This document shows, piece by piece, positions 41,876 through 56,540 of a stretch of 64,000 bases of DNA. Origin of the DNA: the human T2T-CHM13v2.0 reference genome, Homo sapiens. The notes under the pieces were generated by a model, which was not told where the DNA came from, did no database searches, and saw only the letters and a list, made by a program, of their open reading frames with translations. Made by a program: the position numbers and the translations under genes. Where the stretch lies: assembly GCF_009914755.1 (NCBI RefSeq), contig NC_060934.1; one strand, written 5' to 3'. Position 1 is the first letter of the stretch, and each line of letters opens with the position of its first letter.

Positions 41876-44035
41876 CCCAGGAGCATTTATTGAAAAGATT
41901 ATCTTTCCACCATTGAATTGCTTTTGCACATTTGTCAAACATCAGTTGAGTATATTTGTGGGGATATATTTATTGGCTACCTGTTCTATTCCGTTGACCT
42001 AAATGTCTGTTTCTCTGCAAATGCCATAGGATCTTGATTATGTGAGCTGTATAAATCTTAAAAGTAGACAGGTAGGCACATTCCTCTTGCTTTATTCTTC
42101 ATTTTCAGAATTATTTCAGGTATTGTAGTTCCTCTGCCTTTCCAAATAATTAATAGAATAACTTTTCTTATATCTAAAATTCTTGTTGGGGTTTCAATAG
42201 GAATGGTGTTAAATCTGTATGCTAATTTAAGGGAAACTGACTTTTTTTTTCTAGTAGAATCTTCCAATCTAAGAACTTAATATAGCTCTCCATTTACTTA
42301 GATATTCTTTATTTCATCAGAGATTTGTAGTTTTCAGCCTAAAAACTCTATATATTTTGTTGAATTTATACCTAAGTATTTATTTTTTTGAGCAATTGTG
42401 TATGGTAATACATTTTAAGTTTTGGTTTTCACATGTTAATTGTTATTATATAGAAATATAATGGATTTTTGCATGTTTATCTTGTATCCTGTGACCTGGC
42501 TGAACTCATTTATTACTTCTAAAAGTTTTATGGTAGATTTTTGGGGATTTTCCCTGTAAAATATCATGCTGTCTGAAAATAGTAATGCATTTTACTTATT
42601 TCCAATCTATATTTCTTTTACTTTCTTCTCTTGCCATATTTCACTGCCAGAACTTTGAGCACCATATTGAATAAGAGCAGTGAGATGGAACATTCTTGCC
42701 TTGTCCCCACAGTTATGGAGGTAGTAATTAGTCTTTCACCATTAAGTATGGTGTGAGCTGTATTTTTTTTGTAGATTCTCTTTATCAAGTTGAGAAAGTT
42801 CTCCTGTATTCCTAGTTTTGGATAATTTTTATATGAGCAGGTGTTATATATTTTCAAATAATCTTTCTACATTAATTGATTTGATCATGTAATTTTTCTA
42901 CTTCAGCTTGTTAATATAGTGGATTAATTGATTGATATTCTAATATTAAACTAAACTGGCATCCCTGGAATAAACTCTGGGTTGGCCATGGTGTATAACT
43001 CTTTGCATATATTGCTAGATTTTCTTTGTTAATATTCTGTGAATGATTTTGTTGGTATATGTATTCATGAGAGATAATGGGTCTGTTTCTTTTCTGTTAG
43101 TGCTATCTGCCTGGTTTTGGTATTCAACTTATGCTGTCTTCAATAACCAAGTTGGGAAGGGTCTCTAATCCTCTATTTTCTTGGAACAAACTATACCAAA
43201 TTGGTGTCAATTCTTTAAATGTTTTGTGCAATTATCCAATAAAACCATCCTGGTTTGGAGATTTGGTGGGGGTGGGGGAGTAGAGTTTTACTTTTGAATT
43301 TAATTTTATTTTCTTTAGTTTTAGGTCTCAATTTATTTTATATTTGATGAACTGTAATAGTTTGTTCTTTTTAAGGAATTGGTTCATTTCATCTAAGTTT
43401 TCTAATTTATACACATAGTGTTTTTCATAACACTTTCGTATTATCTTTTGTTTGTATGCAGAGTTTGCAGTGATATTCCTGATTCATTACTGATACTGGT
43501 AATTTGTCTTCTCTCTTTTTTCTTTGCCAGTCTTATTAGAGGTTTGTCAATTTTATTGATCTTTTAAAAGAACCAGCTCCTTAATTCATTATATTCTCTA
43601 CTACTTTTCTGTTTTCTATTTTCATAATTTCCACTCTTATCTTTAGTATATTTTTTCCCTTCCACTGGCTTTTGGTTTATATTGGTCTTGTATTTCTAGG
43701 TCTTTGATGTGTAAGCTTAGATTATTGACTTGAGACTTTTTATCTTTTTAAATGCTGCCTTTACTGCTATAAATTTCTGTTGCAACATTACTTCATCTGT
43801 GCCTCACAAATTTTGATATGTCAATTTGCATTTTCGTTCAGTTAAATATATACATTTTAAATTTCTCTTGAGACTTCCTCTTTGATTTATGTATTATTTA
43901 AAAGTGTGTTATTTTGTTTCCAACTATTTGGAAATTTCCTTGTAATTAAAAAAAATGACTTCTAATTTGATTTCACTGGGAGAACTTATTCAGAGAACAA
44001 TCTCTGAATAAGTTCAGTTTCAAAAAATGTATTCA

Positions 44036-44170
44036 TGGCTGGTTGCCTGTAATCCCAGCACTTTGGGAGGCCAAACCAGGAGGAATGCCTAAGGCCAGGA
44101 GTTCAAGACCAGCCTGGGCAACATAATAAGACCAGATTTCAACACCAGTAATAAAAACTAAAAAAAAAAA
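44036..44170 (+). mobile_element. FLAM-type Alu monomer
   Basis: 'gcctgtaatcccagcactttgggaggcc...aggagttcaagaccagcctgggcaacata' plus A-tail; TSD aaaaaatgtattca at 44022-44035 and ~44165-44178. Confidence 0.88.
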
Positions 44171-44651
44171 TGTATTCAGACATGTTTTATTGCCCAGGTG
44201 TGGCCTACCTTGGTATATGTATATGTCCTACGTAAGCCCTGGAAAACAATGCATATTCTGTTGTTGTTGGGTGGCATGTTCCATATATGTCATATAGATC
44301 TGTTGGTTAATGGTGTTGCTAAGTTTTTTTTATATTATAGCTGATTTTTTTGTTTAGCAGGGTCTTATCAATTGTTGAGAGAAGGGTGTGGAAGATTCCA
44401 AGTATAATTGTAGATTCGTGTATTTATCCTTTGAGTTCTATCAGCTTTTGCTGCATATATTTTGCAGCTCTGTTGTTTGTTGCATACACCTTAGGAATGT
44501 TACATCTTCTGGTGGATTGACCTTTTTTATCACTACACAACATCCATTTCTGTGTGTAGTAATTTTCTTTGCTCTGAAGTCTACCTGATAGCAATATAGT
44601 CATTTCTGTTTTCTCTTGGTTAATATTAGCATGTTTTTAAAAATTATTTTA

Positions 44652-44794
44652 CAGATGTTTCTTGACTTATGATGGGGCTGTGTCCCAATAAGCATTCATA
44701 AGTCAAAAGCATTGCAAGTTGAAAATAAATTTAATACCCCCCCATTATAAGATAGAAAAATCGTACGTTAAAACATCGTTAGTCATGGACTCTG
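44652..44794 (+). mobile_element. Short MER47/Tigger5-type MITE
   Basis: 'cagatgtttcttgacttatgatgggg...catcgttagtcatggactctg' flanked by TA on both sides. Confidence 0.7.
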
Positions 44795-46009
44795 TACTTT
44801 AAATCTGTCTATATCACTTCATGTGAAGTGAGTTTCTTATAGACAGAATCCAGTTAGGTGGTATATTTTAATACACTTTCCCAGTCTCTATCTTAACTGA
44901 TGTGTTTAGACCATTTACATTTAATATAGTTATTGATATGTTAGGGTTTAAATCTACCATTTTTTTGTTTTCTGTTTCTTTTCTCTATTTTGCTTCTTTT
45001 TTTGCCCTCCTGTAGATTTCTTGAATACTTTTTAGAATTCCATTTTGATATCTCTATCCTGTCTATGAGTGTATACCTTTGTATAGCTGTTTTACTGGTT
45101 GCTCTAGGTATTACATTTAACATATGTTACAGCCTACTGGTTTCATATTTTATCAATTCAAGTGAAATATAGAAATTTTATCTTCCTGTATGTCTCTTTA
45201 TCCTCTCCCATTTATAACTATATTAAGTATTTCTCTGCATAGAACCACATCAGATAGTATCATACTTTTTGTTTCAACCATCAATCATAATTTACAGAAC
45301 TCATGAGTAGAAGGAAAACAATTGTATTTATCTACATTTTTTTTCTTATGTGTTAATTCTCCCTGGTATACTGAGGTCCCTTGTTTCCTTTCTGTTGTGA
45401 GAACTTCCTTTAGTCATTCTTTTAGGTTGGGTCTGCTGGTGACAAATTTGGAGAGTTTCTTTGTTTGTTTGTTTTTTGCTTAAGAATATCTCTATTTCCT
45501 CTCATTCCTGAATGATATTTTCATTGGGTATAGGATTCTGGGTTGATAGTTCTTTTCTTTCATTATTTAAAAAATGTATGCCACTTCCTTCTGACCTCTA
45601 TGGCTTCTGATGAGAAATCTTCTGTCATCTAAATTGTTGTTCCCTATAGGTATTGTATAATTTCACTCTTGTTTCTTTCAAAATATTTTATTTGCCTTTA
45701 GTTTACAAAAGTTTAACCATGATGAGTCTTGGTATAGATTTCCATGGGGTTGTCCTGTTTAGGTTAGCTCTGCTTCTTGAATCAGTAGATTTATGTATTT
45801 TTCTTCAAATTTGGCATGTTTTCAGCCATTATTACTTTGGGTATTTTTCTGTCTTCCTCCCTTTCTCCTCTCCTTCCAGGGCTCCAATGACACAAATGTT
45901 AGACCTTTTGCTATACTCCCACACGTCTCTGCTCTATAAGTTTTTTTCAGTTTATCTTATTTCAGTTGTTCAGACTGAACAGTTTCTATTCTTTTATCTG
46001 TTCACCCTT

Positions 46010-46536
46010 TGAGGCAGGAGAATAGGGTCAGGAGGTAGGGAACCTAAGGCTGTTTCACGCCTACTTCTTAGAACTAAATTGAAAGGAACACCCTAACTTT
46101 CCACGCCTAAGTAACAAAGGTCCAGAGGCTTCTCCCTTTGACCTTTTCTGCCTGGCAAGATGGGAAATTGGCTGTCCACAACAAATGGACAGGAGTGTGA
46201 CCTTTGTAACTTCACTTCAGCTTCTGGTTGGCTGCTTTCTGCAACCAATCAGACTGATTGCCGGCCACCACTTCATTTACATGAGGTGAGCATGAAGTGG
46301 CCAGTGGAAAACTTCTAGAGGGTATTTGGACTCAAGAAGATTATGTATCGGGGTCCTTGAGCCACTCCTTGGGTCTGCTCCCACATTGTGGAGTGTACTT
46401 TTGTTTTCAATAAATCCCTGCATTCATTCTTTTGTTGCTTCATTCTTTCTTTGCTTTGTTGAGTGTTTTGTCCAATTCTTTGTTCAAAACGCCAAGAACC
46501 TGGACAACTTGCAGTCACAACCCTCTACAGGTGACA
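46010..46536 (+). mobile_element. MER51B-like ERV1 solo LTR
   Basis: 'tgaggcaggagaatagggtc...gtgaca'; perfect 4-bp TSD CCTT at 46006-46009 and 46537-46540; CCAAT box ('aaccaatcag') and AATAAA retained. Confidence 0.9.
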
Positions 46537-47717
46537 CCTTGACCCTCATGTCTGCTGTTCAGTGCATTCATTGAGGACTTTTTAAAAATTGGTGTAATTA
46601 TATTTTTCAGTTTGTACATTTCCATTTGATTTTCTTTATATCTTCTATTTCTTTGCAGAGACTTACTCTTATTTCGTTTGTTCCAAACTTGTTCATAATT
46701 GTTCATTAAAGCATTTTTATGATGACTGCTTTAAAATCTTTTCCAGATAGTTCTACTGTCTTTATTTTGGCATCAATTGATTTTTCATTCAGTTTTAAAT
46801 CTGATTTTTGATATAATGAGTAATTTTTTATTAAGAACGTTTCATTTTTTGGATTATGATTTGCAACTCTGCAGCTTATTGAAGCCTCCTATGTCAGCTG
46901 CCTTTTTCTGACACTGTGTCATTATGGTCAGTGGAGTTCGAAGCCCAGGTCTCCACCTGCATCCATTGGCACTCAAGGTGGGAGGAAACCTTCTCTTTAT
47001 TGCTGGGCAGGAATAGGAGTTATATCCCCCCTCTAAGACTCCACTGATACCACAGATGGTACAGCCTCATTATCACAAAATAGTGGTGAAAGGCCAGACT
47101 TCCCACTAGGCCTCCTCTGATGCTGCCCCATTAGGGAGGGGAAGGATGCCTCATTACCAAGAGGTGGTGGTGGAAGTCCAGGCTCCCCATATGGTCTCAC
47201 TGACACCAAGCAGGAGGAGAGAGGATTCTTTATTTTCTGGTAGGTATGAAAGTCTTGGTTTCCCACTGGGCATTCTCTGATACCACACCAGTAGGGGTGT
47301 TGGATGCCTCCTTACAAACTGGAGAGGTTGGAACACTAGGTGCCTTACTTGGACTTTGCTGGTGTGAATGTGAGTGGAACCACAGTTTTCTCTGGGGTGT
47401 TCTTTTGTCTTGCTAGGCTGCTCCTTCATGGTCCTCAGACTCAGGAGAACAGGCTTCTGTTTGGGTTCTTTTTGTCTATTAATATTGGTATTTATAAGTA
47501 GTTGACTTCTTCACTTCTATGTTTGGAAAATATGAGGCAAAAAGAAAATCCAAAGAGCTAACAATCCTTGGTTTCTAAGGTTCCTACTAGTCTTCCTTTT
47601 CTCTGCCCTTTGGAGTCATTGAATGTTTGCTTTGTATATAATGTTGAGTGCTTTTATTTGTATTAGCATACACAATATAGGAAAGTACATCTCCTCCATC
47701 TTCCCCAAAGTGGAAGT

Positions 47718-47942
47718 CACTTCCCTGACTTACAGTGATTCAATTTACGATTTTTTTGACTTTATGATGGGTTTATCAGGATGTATTACCATCATAAATC
47801 AGTAAGCACCTGGACTTATGATGATTTGACTTAGGATTTTTTTTTTTTTTACTTTACAATAGGTTTACTAGGGTACTAAATGCATTTCAACTTACAATGA
47901 GTTTATGAGAATGTAGCTTCATAGCAAGTTGAGAAGAATCTG
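47718..47942 (-). mobile_element. Two head-to-tail MER47-type MITE copies
   Basis: Unit 'gactta(c/t)..tgatt..a.tta.gattttt...ttta' occurs twice; copies end at 'gcacctg' (~47802) and 'gaatctg' (~47942). Confidence 0.6.
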
Positions 47943-48003
47943 TGGGTGTATTTATCTTGTTATTTGTTAAGAAGAGGCATAATATACATACCTTCTTGCC
48001 CAT

Positions 48004-48437
48004 TGTTTTTGTCTGTTTTGTATTGCTATAAAGGAATACCTGAGGCTGGGTAATTTATAAAGTAAAGAGAATAATTTAGCTTATGGTTCTGCAGGTTGTA
48101 CAAAAAGTGTGGGACCGACATTTGCTTGGTGAGGGCTTTTGTTTGTGTCAAAATACGTCAGAGAAGGTCAAAAGGGAAGTGGGCATATGTGAAAAGAGAC
48201 CAAACCCGAGGGGCGTCTTGGCTCTCAAAGGAACTGATCAATTCCCCTGAGAACAAATCCTGTCTCACAAGAGCTAAAACTTACTCACTACTTCAAGACA
48301 GGCACCAAGTCATTCAGAGGGCTCTGCCCCCTTGCCTCCACTTCCCTCCAGGCCCCATCTCCCAATACCACCACACTGGGGATCAGTCTTCTACATGACA
48401 TTTGGTGGGGACAAACAACCATATCCACACCATTGCA
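48004..48437 (-). mobile_element. MST (MSTB/C-like) solo LTR
   Basis: TG...CA termini; perfect TSD CCCAT at 47999-48003 and 48438-48442. Confidence 0.88.
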
Positions 48438-51400
48438 CCCATTTCTCTTGGTTCACTTCAAACTGTATCCTGGAGACCACACAATAACAATATGTTGAGT
48501 TATTCCTCATTTCTTTGTATTGTTTCAGATTACTCCATTGTGTAACTGAATCAAAGTTTATCCTAACAATCACATGGCAGTCATGAGTTGTCATTGCACT
48601 CTTTTTCTGCTACAAATAGTACCAGAGTGAATAACCTTGCATCTACACCTGCATCTTTTCATACTTTTACTATATTTGGGAAGGATAACCAAAGCATATG
48701 TAATATTGCTATGTCTTCATAGCCACTCTTTTGAAAGTCATAACTGAAATACTGAGAAAGTCTCAGACTTCAGCCTTAATACATACACTAGTTGCACTGG
48801 CAACTTATTTTCAGTGTAGTCTAGACCCAGTTAAATTAACCTTCTGGACTTCAGTTTTCTCCATATCTATTATAATAATAGCCACGTGTGTGTGTTCATT
48901 AGGTTCTGGGCATTGTTTTAATTGCTTTACTTATTTCACAACAGTCCAGTGAGGTCGTTATTGAAACTGTCATTTGGAAGGATGTAGAGTGGTTAAACAA
49001 ATAAAGGGCAAAATCTGTATGAAAGCTCCAGTTTGCCTGGTGGAGAAACAATTGTCCTCTTATTCTTTGCCTTCTGTTTGAAAAGGAAATAATATTGCTT
49101 ACCTCTCAGAATGTTGTGAGGATTGAATAAGCTAAGAACTCTAAAAGCATTTTTAAACCATGACTTGTTAAGTACACATTCATTATTTTATAAGCATTTT
49201 ACTTTCCTTAGAGAGATACTGTGGATGCTAGTATCTATTCTCATCATGGCATTTGGTAACCTTCCTCCAGCACAATCTCTTGTGCAGGTGGTTAATATCA
49301 CTAAAATCATGGTCACTCCATCAATTACTTTCTTTTCAGAGGGCATCCTCTCAATATTTTCCATTCCTCTGAGGACTTTGCCCCTGTTCTCTTCACAGCC
49401 CCTGTGTTCTGATGTTCCCCGTGAGACACACACATAATTTTTACCCATCCTCAATTAACCAGACAACAAAGGGGAAAAGATTATTGTTACTGAAGATAAA
49501 ATGAAGCTGGTGAAAACATGATTCAAGTTAATTCGATATTAATTCTACATTAAGTATTGAGAACATGATTGTTCTCCAGACGTCATTTTTCAAGTATAGG
49601 AAGAATAACAAACATGAGCATTTAAGCACACAAAACATTACAATTGCAGAGGAAAAATGGGTAAAAGGTTTGTCTCAATTAAAACAATCTGTTGTTATTT
49701 TCGTTTTTCAGCGAAGCTCTTTATTTTTCAAATGTTGAAATGGAGCCTACGCAACACCATTTTGGCACTCAGTATCCCATCCTCCCTGCTCTGCACACAG
49801 CCCTACAGATGGCCTGGTGAGTGGGCATGGCTCATTACCTCCTTATGTTGTGAGTTCATTCTCCCTGTTCACTACTTTTCTGCCAAGAGACTTATTTTTG
49901 TCGTTATTGAAGAAGATGTAAAATAAGTAAATTAGTGATCATTTTTTTGACGCTGCTCTTAGCTTTCCTTTTCCACACCGACCTCGCCCACTGGAGGGCT
50001 AGCAGGCTCAGCCTGTGCATGGAGGGTCCAGGGAGCTGCACTTCTAACACATGGAACTAAAACACCACAATTTATTGCTAGTTGTTTAAACTTCTTCTTT
50101 TCTCTTGTTCCTGCCATGTTCCAGTGACATTCTGATGGAGTAGAGGACACTCAAGGTTGTGCCTCTTGGGTAGTTCCAGAGGTTTCCTCTGATGGGTGGA
50201 AATTTGCATTTTTCCACATATACACTGTCTTTTATTATTTTTAAACACAGGTAATAAGCTCCCTGCCCTTTCATGTAAGAATTGACTGTATTTGCCAAGC
50301 ATTTTTTACCTCCTTATATATGAGGCTGCTTATGCTTTTTGTTTTACCTACCATCTTTTGTTACTGTTGTTTATTCTATTTTCTTTTAGTGAGCATAGCA
50401 CTGATAGTATTTGGGTGGAAAATGCCATTTTGAACCTGTAAATATATTTCAGTTTTTGCCACAGGACAAGCTTTGAATTCTCTCGTGGTTCAAGGACTAA
50501 GCCTCAGGCGACCTCAGGGAGGGCACAGTGGCCTGATGTTCACTCCATGCTGAAGGAACCAAAGGGAAAAAGGAATGGGCCTTGGAGGGCAAACTTGAAT
50601 TTTGACACTGCCTCTGCAGACAGCACTTTAAAATGTGCACGCATGGTTCTGCCATGGGAAGGCAGGCCGGCGAGGATGGGAGACAGCGAGTGCTGGACAG
50701 GATTACAGCGGGGGGCTAGGCCGTGGGCACTGAGAGGGGACACAGACAGAGTCAGAGGCACTCCTTGTGCCTCAGGCCTCTCCTATTATACACATCCTGA
50801 GCACAATGTTGTCAGAAGCTCCAGAAACGTTTGTTGAATTCCTGTAGAGAATACTAGGAATAGAGGAGAGGGAGGCAGGGTCTTCCCAGGGTGCTGAGAG
50901 AGGTCAGGGTCAGGCACTTCACAGAGACTGAAGGTGGGGCCTGCTGGGTAGAGATGGGCAGTTCCACAATACCCCAGCACTGAGTCCGCTCCATGCACAC
51001 CTGAGGGGAAGCCTCAAAGGGCCGAACGTCCTGCAGGAGCAGGTGGTGCCTCAGAGCTCTCAGAATGTGTGGCATCCATGTCAATGGGACCTAATTTGCA
51101 CTGAGTGGCAAAATCCGGAATGTTCTCATTCTCTATTTTATGTAATTCTCAGACCTAGGAGGTGGTGGAGCTTGGATTCAAACCTATACTTAAGAGTAGG
51201 GTGAGATTTTTCTCTCCTCATTAATACTTCACTGGGAGGAAAGCAGGGAAAAGACACAGAAATAGCAAATAATATCCAGGGTAGGACAGAGGAAGCTTTT
51301 GATATTGTCATGAGAAAGATTCCTTCACTTTACACAGTGCTTACTCTAAAGGATCTGGGATAGTAAGATTTTACCCTCTAGTTTCACCAAGGAGAAAATT

Positions 51401-53192
51401 GGAAGAGGTAGATTGTCCAAGCTTTTCCAGAGACAGATAAGTAAAAATATCCTGGGGGTTGCAATGGAAGGGAAATAGAAATGGAGACCAAAGAAAAAAT
51501 AAATTTCACACCCACTGAGGAAGAACTCTCTGTGATCTGATAGGAAAAGGGCAATTTAACATCATTTTAGGGGCTTTGTGGATTTCTGACTGTCCAACAG
51601 TGCTATTTTCTCTCTGTTAATTGCCAATGACTTTGCAGGCACTGAATCAGAACATTTTGGGGATTGTCATCTGGGATGTTAACCTGCAGTTCCTCAGTGT
51701 ACCCTGGAGCTCAGTGGAGGTGAGGAACTTCCCAGCATTGCTCAATGGCACCAGCAAAAGCAGCTGCTTTCAGCAGGAGGGAACTGTGGTGGAGAAGGCC
51801 AGGATCTCTCTCCTGTGGAGGGCATTGCTTTGAGAATGCATAGTTCGGGCAGAGAGGTGGAGTCACAATGGGCCATGGGAGTTTCCATGACAGGTGAGAT
51901 TTAGTGTAGGGGCCTCACACAACTGTGCACTGTAATAAAGTTGGGTTGTTCCTTTAGAAGAAAGGAAGATTTATTTTAAAAATATAACAGAGGAGGTTGA
52001 TGAGAGAGTCCCAGCTGACATGATATCTTGTGCCACCACCCTACCACACACCACACACGGGCCTAAGACGGGCAGTCCATGAAAAGCACAGGAACAGGTG
52101 CTGGTCCCAGGGAGAGAAACTGAGAACAGGTGCCAGGGAAGAAGGGCTCAACCACGGGTGGGACACACTAGGGAAATGTGCAAGAACGGGGCCCTGGACA
52201 GAAACACAGGATATGAACCACGCGGAGGCCCTATAGGGTCATGTGGGGCAAGAGACCACAGAGGACTTGACTAACCGAGGGCTTTCCTTTAGGTCTTTGA
52301 TGGGGTAGAATGTGATGTGATAAGAAAAACATGGCTAACTTTTTGACCTGAGTCTAAGAGGGAATAAGAAAATGAGAATGAAAAAAATCAGTTTTATGAA
52401 GATATTAAAGACATCTTTACCTAAATCAGTGGAGAGGAAATAATGGGATAAGAGGGAGACAAGAATCACACAGTGTTGGTGGAAAATGCTTTCAGCCAGT
52501 TCCCACTAGCAAATTCTGGGTGGCTGGAGTTCCCTGGGGGTGCCTAGATTTCTCTTTTTATTTCAGTTAATTTATTAGAAGAGAAGAAAGCCAAGGCTAC
52601 TGAGAATCAGAAAAAAGAAACAGCATAAAGTGTAGGATGGTTGCAACTACTTTTCTGATTTAAGTCACCACCTTGACCTTGGGGTTCAATGGCAGCATTG
52701 GGAGCCTGATCTGAATGTGACTACAAAATTTAGGAGTACCAGCTAGACATAGCTTAGTGGGCCACCGTAAAAACCATAATTTTCTACGGTAGCCCCACCA
52801 GAATCCTGAACAGGGTGTTGGGTGCAACTGGAGACCACAGCCAGAGGTGTGAGGGCAACTCATACAACCACATCTTACCTTTGAGAGGACTGGCGGAGAG
52901 AGGGCCAAGCCCACGGTGGGCCACTGATGGCAGCACGGTGCCTGGAGAATGTAGAGGTGCCCCAACCAGGGTGGAAGAGGTGTTTGCATGCCCTCCCAAG
53001 AGACGAGACATAGAAATCGGGGAGTGAGGTCCTGGGACACAGAACCTCAGGCAGTATCCACCCCCATATTGGCACAAAATTGATGTATTTTCTCCAGCAG
53101 ATCTTACGGTCAAAGCCTGGGACCCAGACATATGTCCGAGATGAATACATGACTCCTGGAAGCAACATGGGAGGAGCGATGAGTGCCCACCA

Positions 53193-53234
53193 TGTGTGTG
53201 TCTGTGTGTGTGTCTGTGTGTCTCTGTGTGTGTA
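53193..53234. repeat. Interrupted (TG)n microsatellite
   Basis: Directly visible. Confidence 0.85.
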
Positions 53235-53554
53235 TGCACGCATGCACATATGTATGGGCATGTGGGTGGAAGGGTGGAAATCTCAACATCTGAAGAAGCA
53301 TACTGAAGAAGCCTGAAGTGCGCACCCCGATGCGGAGGCACACAGAGGAGAAAGAAAGATGTGTGCTGTGAGGTTGGGGGCTACCACTCCTATTCACACT
53401 CTGCCCCTTCTCACTCTCTAAGGTGGAGTGAGGAAAGAGTCCTTCCCTTTGCGGGTGCTGAGATTTCCACTAGGGGAGAGTGAAACACAGCATGATTCTC
53501 CCCACATCTGTGGCTGGTCCTTGGTAAATTGAGGTTAGAGACAGAAACCCTGAG

Positions 53555-53862
<308 letters not shown>

Positions 53863-55784
53863 AAGCCTTGGGAGCTTTAAACTATCTCCACAAATCTCAA
53901 AAGGAGAGTCGCTAGTGGACAGGGACTGGGTTCCTTCTCTCCCACAGATGATCTTCCTGAAGGTGTCAATCACAGGGGAGGATGAGGTGGCACTGGATTC
54001 TGAAGGAGGAGAGAGAAACTCAGCGGGGTTTCCCTCTTAAGGACATAGGAGACCTCAGGAGACAAACAAGGAGGGGAAAACAGAGAAGTGAGCCTCTGTG
54101 CTGTACCAACGCCAGGTGGCTCATTAGAAAAAGTAAAAACCCACTTGACACTGTCTTCTGAACTTCCATAGGGTTTTCTTTTGGTGACATCTAAGCCTCA
54201 AGGCTGGAGGCTTCTCTGACTACAGAGCTGCTACTCCCTCTGCCTTGCCCAGGATGGGAAAAGGGAATATGAGCCACCTCCCCTTACCCAAAGGCACAAA
54301 GACCCAATGCATGGTGTTTATGTATACATGTGGGCCCTTTGGGGAGGGCTGGGCTTGCACATACGCCCCTTCACAAACCCTGACCTACCCCTGCTGCCTT
54401 TCCCGGGAAGACTGGATGTGTCCCCTGCACTTGCTGTTTGGACAGTCTGGAGACAGCTTGCGCTTCCCTGCACAGTTTGCTCCCTCCCACAATATTTTTT
54501 CCTTCTTCCGAAGTCAGTGTGAATTTCAAAAAATTTCAGACCTTGAAATCAGACTCGGAACTGCCATGATGTGCTATTTAGAAAGAGACATGTTACGGGA
54601 AATGTTGCTCTAAACACCATTTCCAGCTGAGACTGCAATTCTTTCCAGATGCCCGCACAGCTTGGCAGAGGCTGTAGGAGCTCTTTTGATATCCTCCCTG
54701 GTCTGTAACCCCAGTTTCCTCTCAGTGTGGACTGTCCCAGATTATTGTGTGTTGCTGGTGTGGAATGGTGGGCCCTGGGTCTGGCCCTGCTCCAGCCTTC
54801 CTTGCACAACCTCTGCTCAGCTCCTCACTTGGGAAATGAGGGAGCTGGGCCCATGTTCTCTGGACCCACTCTGGGTCCTGGTCTTCAGGTAACCTGCGCC
54901 CCGCTGTGGGTTGTGAACAGGGTCCAGGCTGGACCTTCTTGTGGAGGATGTTTTATCTAGGAAGCTCCCAAAAGGCAAATGTGGCCCGGTTTAAATGCAT
55001 GCCTCTAGCCCAGAGCTTGGCCCACAGCAAGCATCCAGCACTGGCAACTGATGCCACCCCCAGATGAGGCTCTGCTGAGGCCACTCTGGACAGTTGCCTT
55101 GAGTGCCTCCTGCTCTGCCCTGGCCTTTCCTCCTGGTGGGGTCTTTCTTTGCTCCACCACTTCCTATGCTGACTGCACCCGTGTACTCTGGGGCAAACCC
55201 TAACTGCTGGCTAGCCCTATGTGCCTAGCCCTTGTGTGCGACACATCAGGGCTTGGGCCACTCAGAACAGAGCATTTAGACTGGACGTGGGGTGCTGCGC
55301 CATGCTTTGGGGGTGGCGATGACTGTGCTGTGTTTGGGGAAAGGCTGAGTATGGTGTGCACAGAACCAAGAGTCTGGCCAAGCCTCCCTAGAGAGTGGAT
55401 GACACCCAGAAATGTGATATCTCCTGGACTCCCCCTGGGCATGTGTGTGACCAGCTCTGGCCTCCTCCCCAGTAGGCTCAGTTCAAGTGGGACCTAGTCC
55501 TGGACTCTGGGAAAAACTCTATCATGTCTGACCCATAACTCAGTACTCCATTATCCACCCCCAGCCCAGCAGTGCTTCTTCAAAGTGCATTCTTCAAAGA
55601 ACAAGAATGCACCAATTCAGAGGTGCATGATTCATGGTTCCTCTCTAAGAGTTTATTCCTGTTGGAACTCAACAGGAATGGGGGGCCTTTGGCCACTGGG
55701 GAGTGATTCTGTCCAGGCTGGGGAGGGTGGAGTTAGGGGAGACTGACTCTGGCTGAGAACTGGAACCACAGTAATTTGGGTCAA

Positions 55785-56540
55785 GAATACCAGATGCTAT
55801 ACAAGCCCACAAAATTAGAAATTCTAACAGTATGTGATGTAACAGATGAAAATCTAAAATTTCAAACCTTGACACAAAGTCCATTTATTGTTTCCATGAA
55901 GTCCAAAATGTGTGTCCATGCTGGACATCCAGCTTACGTCTCCAAGTGACCATCAAGGACCCAGGATCCTTTGATTTTGTGCCCAACTTCCTTCCCGTAC
56001 TCAACACCTGGTATCCAGGGATATCGCCTCAGCCTGCAGCAGCCAGCAGGAGAAGGACACGGGCACAGGAGGCTTATGTGTCAGCCCAGAAGAGGTGCTT
56101 TGACTGCACTGGCCAGAGCTGCCTCTTAACCACTCAGGACTGCAAGGGGGCTGGAAACGCAGTTGAGCTGTGTGCTCAGGAGGAAGACAGACTGGGTTTG
56201 AGGATCTGCAGAAACTGAGAGAAGGCTGTGAATTTGGTAATGAGGATGTCACTGGTGATTCTGGTGGGCACGACTTCTATGGACTGGTGAGGTGAAGCTG
56301 ATGGCAGGGTGGTGAACAGGGCAGGGGATGATGAGTGTGGTCTATTCAGAGATACTTGCAAGTGTAGGGGCGGGAGGATCCTCTCTGCAGTGAGGAGGGG
56401 AGGCTCTGACCTGAGCCAGCCTTAGTGTGAGGAGACTCGGTGTGGTGGGGGCACAGACCAGAGGAAGCGAGGTGGGTGCTTCTTTCCAGCTGGAGGGAAG
56501 TCGGCTCTGCTCTGAAAACTAGCATCTTCCTCTGTGAGGG
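55785..56540 (+). repeat. Left arm of a ~750-bp inverted duplication
   Basis: Reverse-complement match to 58215-58948; contains LTR33-like and L2-like pieces. Confidence 0.92.

Noticed and set aside
52784-53341. 185-aa minus-strand ORF with His/Thr repeats
   Set aside because: Extended by the (TG)n microsatellite; no homology recognised.
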